Source of the DNA: an uncultured Staphylococcaceae bacterium
GTDB taxonomy: Bacteria; Bacillota_I; Bacilli_A; ML615J-28; CAG-313
Direction: 5' to 3'
Length of the DNA stretch: 64,000 bases
Assembly: GCA_964384805.1 (NCBI GenBank)
Contig: CAYLLO010000003.1
Coordinates: 554 to 64,553, forward strand
This document shows, piece after piece, positions 62,701 to 64,000 of the stretch. The position numbers were made by a program, and so were the translations under genes. The notes beneath the pieces are model-generated. The model had not been told where the DNA came from and made no database searches. It saw nothing but the letters and a program-made list of their open reading frames with translations. The stretch's first letter is position 1. Each line of letters begins with the position of its first letter.

Positions 62701-62977
62701 GAAAATAGGTATACATTAATAAATAAATAACATCATTTGTATTTACTTTCCCATCATCTGTATAATCACAATTTTGAGTTATTTGATAAGAATTAGGAAA
62801 ATAGGTATGCATTAATAAATAAATAACATCACTTGTATCTACGATATTATCATTATTTAAATCACCTAAAACAACCCTTTCATCATCTTCCTTTGCTTTA
62901 ACAATACTTAAATTGAAACTAATTGCATATGTAAACATTACTATAAATAGGGTTATGATAACTATTAGTTTTTTCAT
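59786..62977 (-). pseudogene. Paralogous dockerin-like / Flg_new / GH18 (chitinase-like) secreted hydrolase gene interrupted by two in-frame stop codons (TAA 61025-61027, TGA 60053-60055); frame otherwise intact
   Basis: ORF 61025..62977: signal peptide, dockerin-like pair, FLGWYD repeats. After the TAA, 5 in-frame codons then ORF 60053..61009 with the GH18 catalytic motif FDGIDVDWEFPG. After the TGA the same frame continues for 88 codons (NSGTIYYTG...GMGIMVWAYGEDATD, a GH18 C-terminal motif) to a TAA near 59786. This was verified by manual translation across both junctions. Confidence 0.65.
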
Positions 62978-63082
62978 AGGAAAGCTCCTCTATCTTTGTA
63001 TTATTGTATTTTATCATATTTTGTTTTTTATTAATGAAATTTTTCTTAAATTAAATCAGTTTTTTAGAAATTATTCTTTTTA

Positions 63083-63874
63083 TTACTTAAGAAGTATTTT
63101 AATAATCCTACATTGCAGTCTTATTGGTAAAATATTGAGCAATATTAACCCCAAATTGTAATTAATTTTATAAACAATTTTCGGATGTTTTTTTGTGGTA
63201 GCTTTAAAAATTAATTTAGCTAATTTTTCAGGTTTCTCGGTTTTTCCCATAAATTTAAGCGTTAGTTTTAAAAAATTATGAGCTTGTTTTTGAAACAGAA
63301 CAGTCTTTTGAGCTAATTTTTCAGTATTGTTTAAAGATCCCTTGCTTAAAGGTGTTTCTATCGCTCCTGGTCTTATCGTAATGACTTTTTGTCCTAATAA
63401 ATTTAACTCTTGTCTTAAAGCTTGTGAATAAACATCAAGTGCTGTTTTAGAGATATTATATAACCCATTAAAAGGCATTGGATTAAGTTTGGCTACTTCA
63501 CTGGTAACAATAATAATACGTCCATTTTTACTTAACATAGAATAAAATACACTATTGATTAACATTGGCCCTAATAAATTTACATTAATGACACTCTTTA
63601 AATCATTAAAATCATTTTCTACTAAAGAAACCATTTTGTGAATTCCAGCAATATTAATGATTGCCTCCAACATAACATATTTTATTTTAATCAATTTTTT
63701 AATTTTTTCTAATTCTTCTTGATTAGTAATATCAACTACATAACTATCTAAATTTTCTTCATCGGATATTTTAATAATATCTAAACCAATTACAAAATAA
63801 CCTTGGTTTAAAAAATAATTTTTTACTGCCTTGCCTATTCCTGAGGCTACTCCTGTTATTAAAATTTTTTTCAT
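63083..63874 (-). CDS. Short-chain dehydrogenase/reductase (SDR) family oxidoreductase
   Basis: ILITGVASGIGKAV (TGxxxGxG) and the YNISKTAL active-site YxxxK. Confidence 0.85.
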   Translation of the reverse strand: MKKILITGVASGIGKAVKNYFLNQGYFVIGLDIIKISDEENLDSYVVDITNQEELEKIKKLIKIKYVMLEAIINIAGIHKMVSLVENDFNDLKSVINVNLLGPMLINSVFYSMLSKNGRIIIVTSEVAKLNPMPFNGLYNISKTALDVYSQALRQELNLLGQKVITIRPGAIETPLSKGSLNNTEKLAQKTVLFQKQAHNFLKLTLKFMGKTEKPEKLAKLIFKATTKKHPKIVYKINYNLGLILLNILPIRLQCRIIKILLK

Positions 63875-64000
63875 AAACTATAACCTTTTTATATCATATT
63901 ACTTGATTATTTTGTTTATTATAGCACATTTTTATAAAAAATGAAAGTCAACAACAATTAAATAAAATATTTTTTGAAATTTGTAGAAAAAACGAATTCA

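Noticed and set aside
59786-62977. Alternative genetic code (TGA=Trp, table 4) to explain the in-frame TGA in the GH18 gene
   Set aside because: All other long genes (PolC 1492 aa, RelA, RecN, the 1241-aa amidase, and others) are uninterrupted and terminate normally under the standard code. The second interrupting stop is TAA, which table 4 does not reassign. Pseudogene, sequencing error or local read-through are more parsimonious.
1-64000. CRISPR arrays, rRNA genes, intact prophage or integrase
   Set aside because: No regularly spaced 25-40 bp direct repeats with unique spacers. No 16S/23S/5S-like conserved blocks. No integrase, recombinase, terminase or capsid-like ORFs. Only IS fragments are present.

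Overview
AT-rich (about 30% GC) chromosomal segment of a low-GC, endospore-forming Firmicute. Most genes lie on the minus strand. The conserved recN-spoIVB-spo0A block with an upstream 0A box supports the spore-former call. Housekeeping backbone: the first 20 codons of gapA at the window start, polC, tRNA-Cys, apt-relA-dtd, dinB, nusB-xseA-xseB-dxs (no folD or ispA here), trmL, tRNA-Leu(CAA), rluD-lspA, ylbL-like-comEB, a T-box leader in front of hisS-aspS, argS, metK and ispG. Three RluA-family pseudouridine synthases are present. Accessory or unusual content is as follows. (1) At 55.9-63.0 kb sit two paralogous secreted proteins with an N-terminal dockerin-like pair plus Listeria/Bacteroides-type (Flg_new) repeats, fused to different cell-wall glycan hydrolase domains. 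One has an Amidase_2 C-terminus. The other is a GH18 gene split by two in-frame stop codons with the reading frame fully preserved. (2) At 36.58-38.3 kb is a remnant island: four GGGGTGTCG direct repeats with Spo0A-box-like cores, an ISL3 transposase C-terminal fragment, a GC-rich structured segment and a NUDIX hydrolase. (3) A CsoR/RcnR-family repressor with a C5-N3-G5 operator sits in front of an EamA exporter. (4) A truncated HTH transposase N-terminal fragment lies next to ispG. (5) A YdjG/YdjI-like zinc-ribbon + SPFH pair lies beside dinB. (6) A 740-bp ORF-free structured gap lies downstream of spo0A. (7) A three-gene block of unknown function sits between tRNA-Cys/rluA and dtd. No CRISPR array or rRNA was seen.
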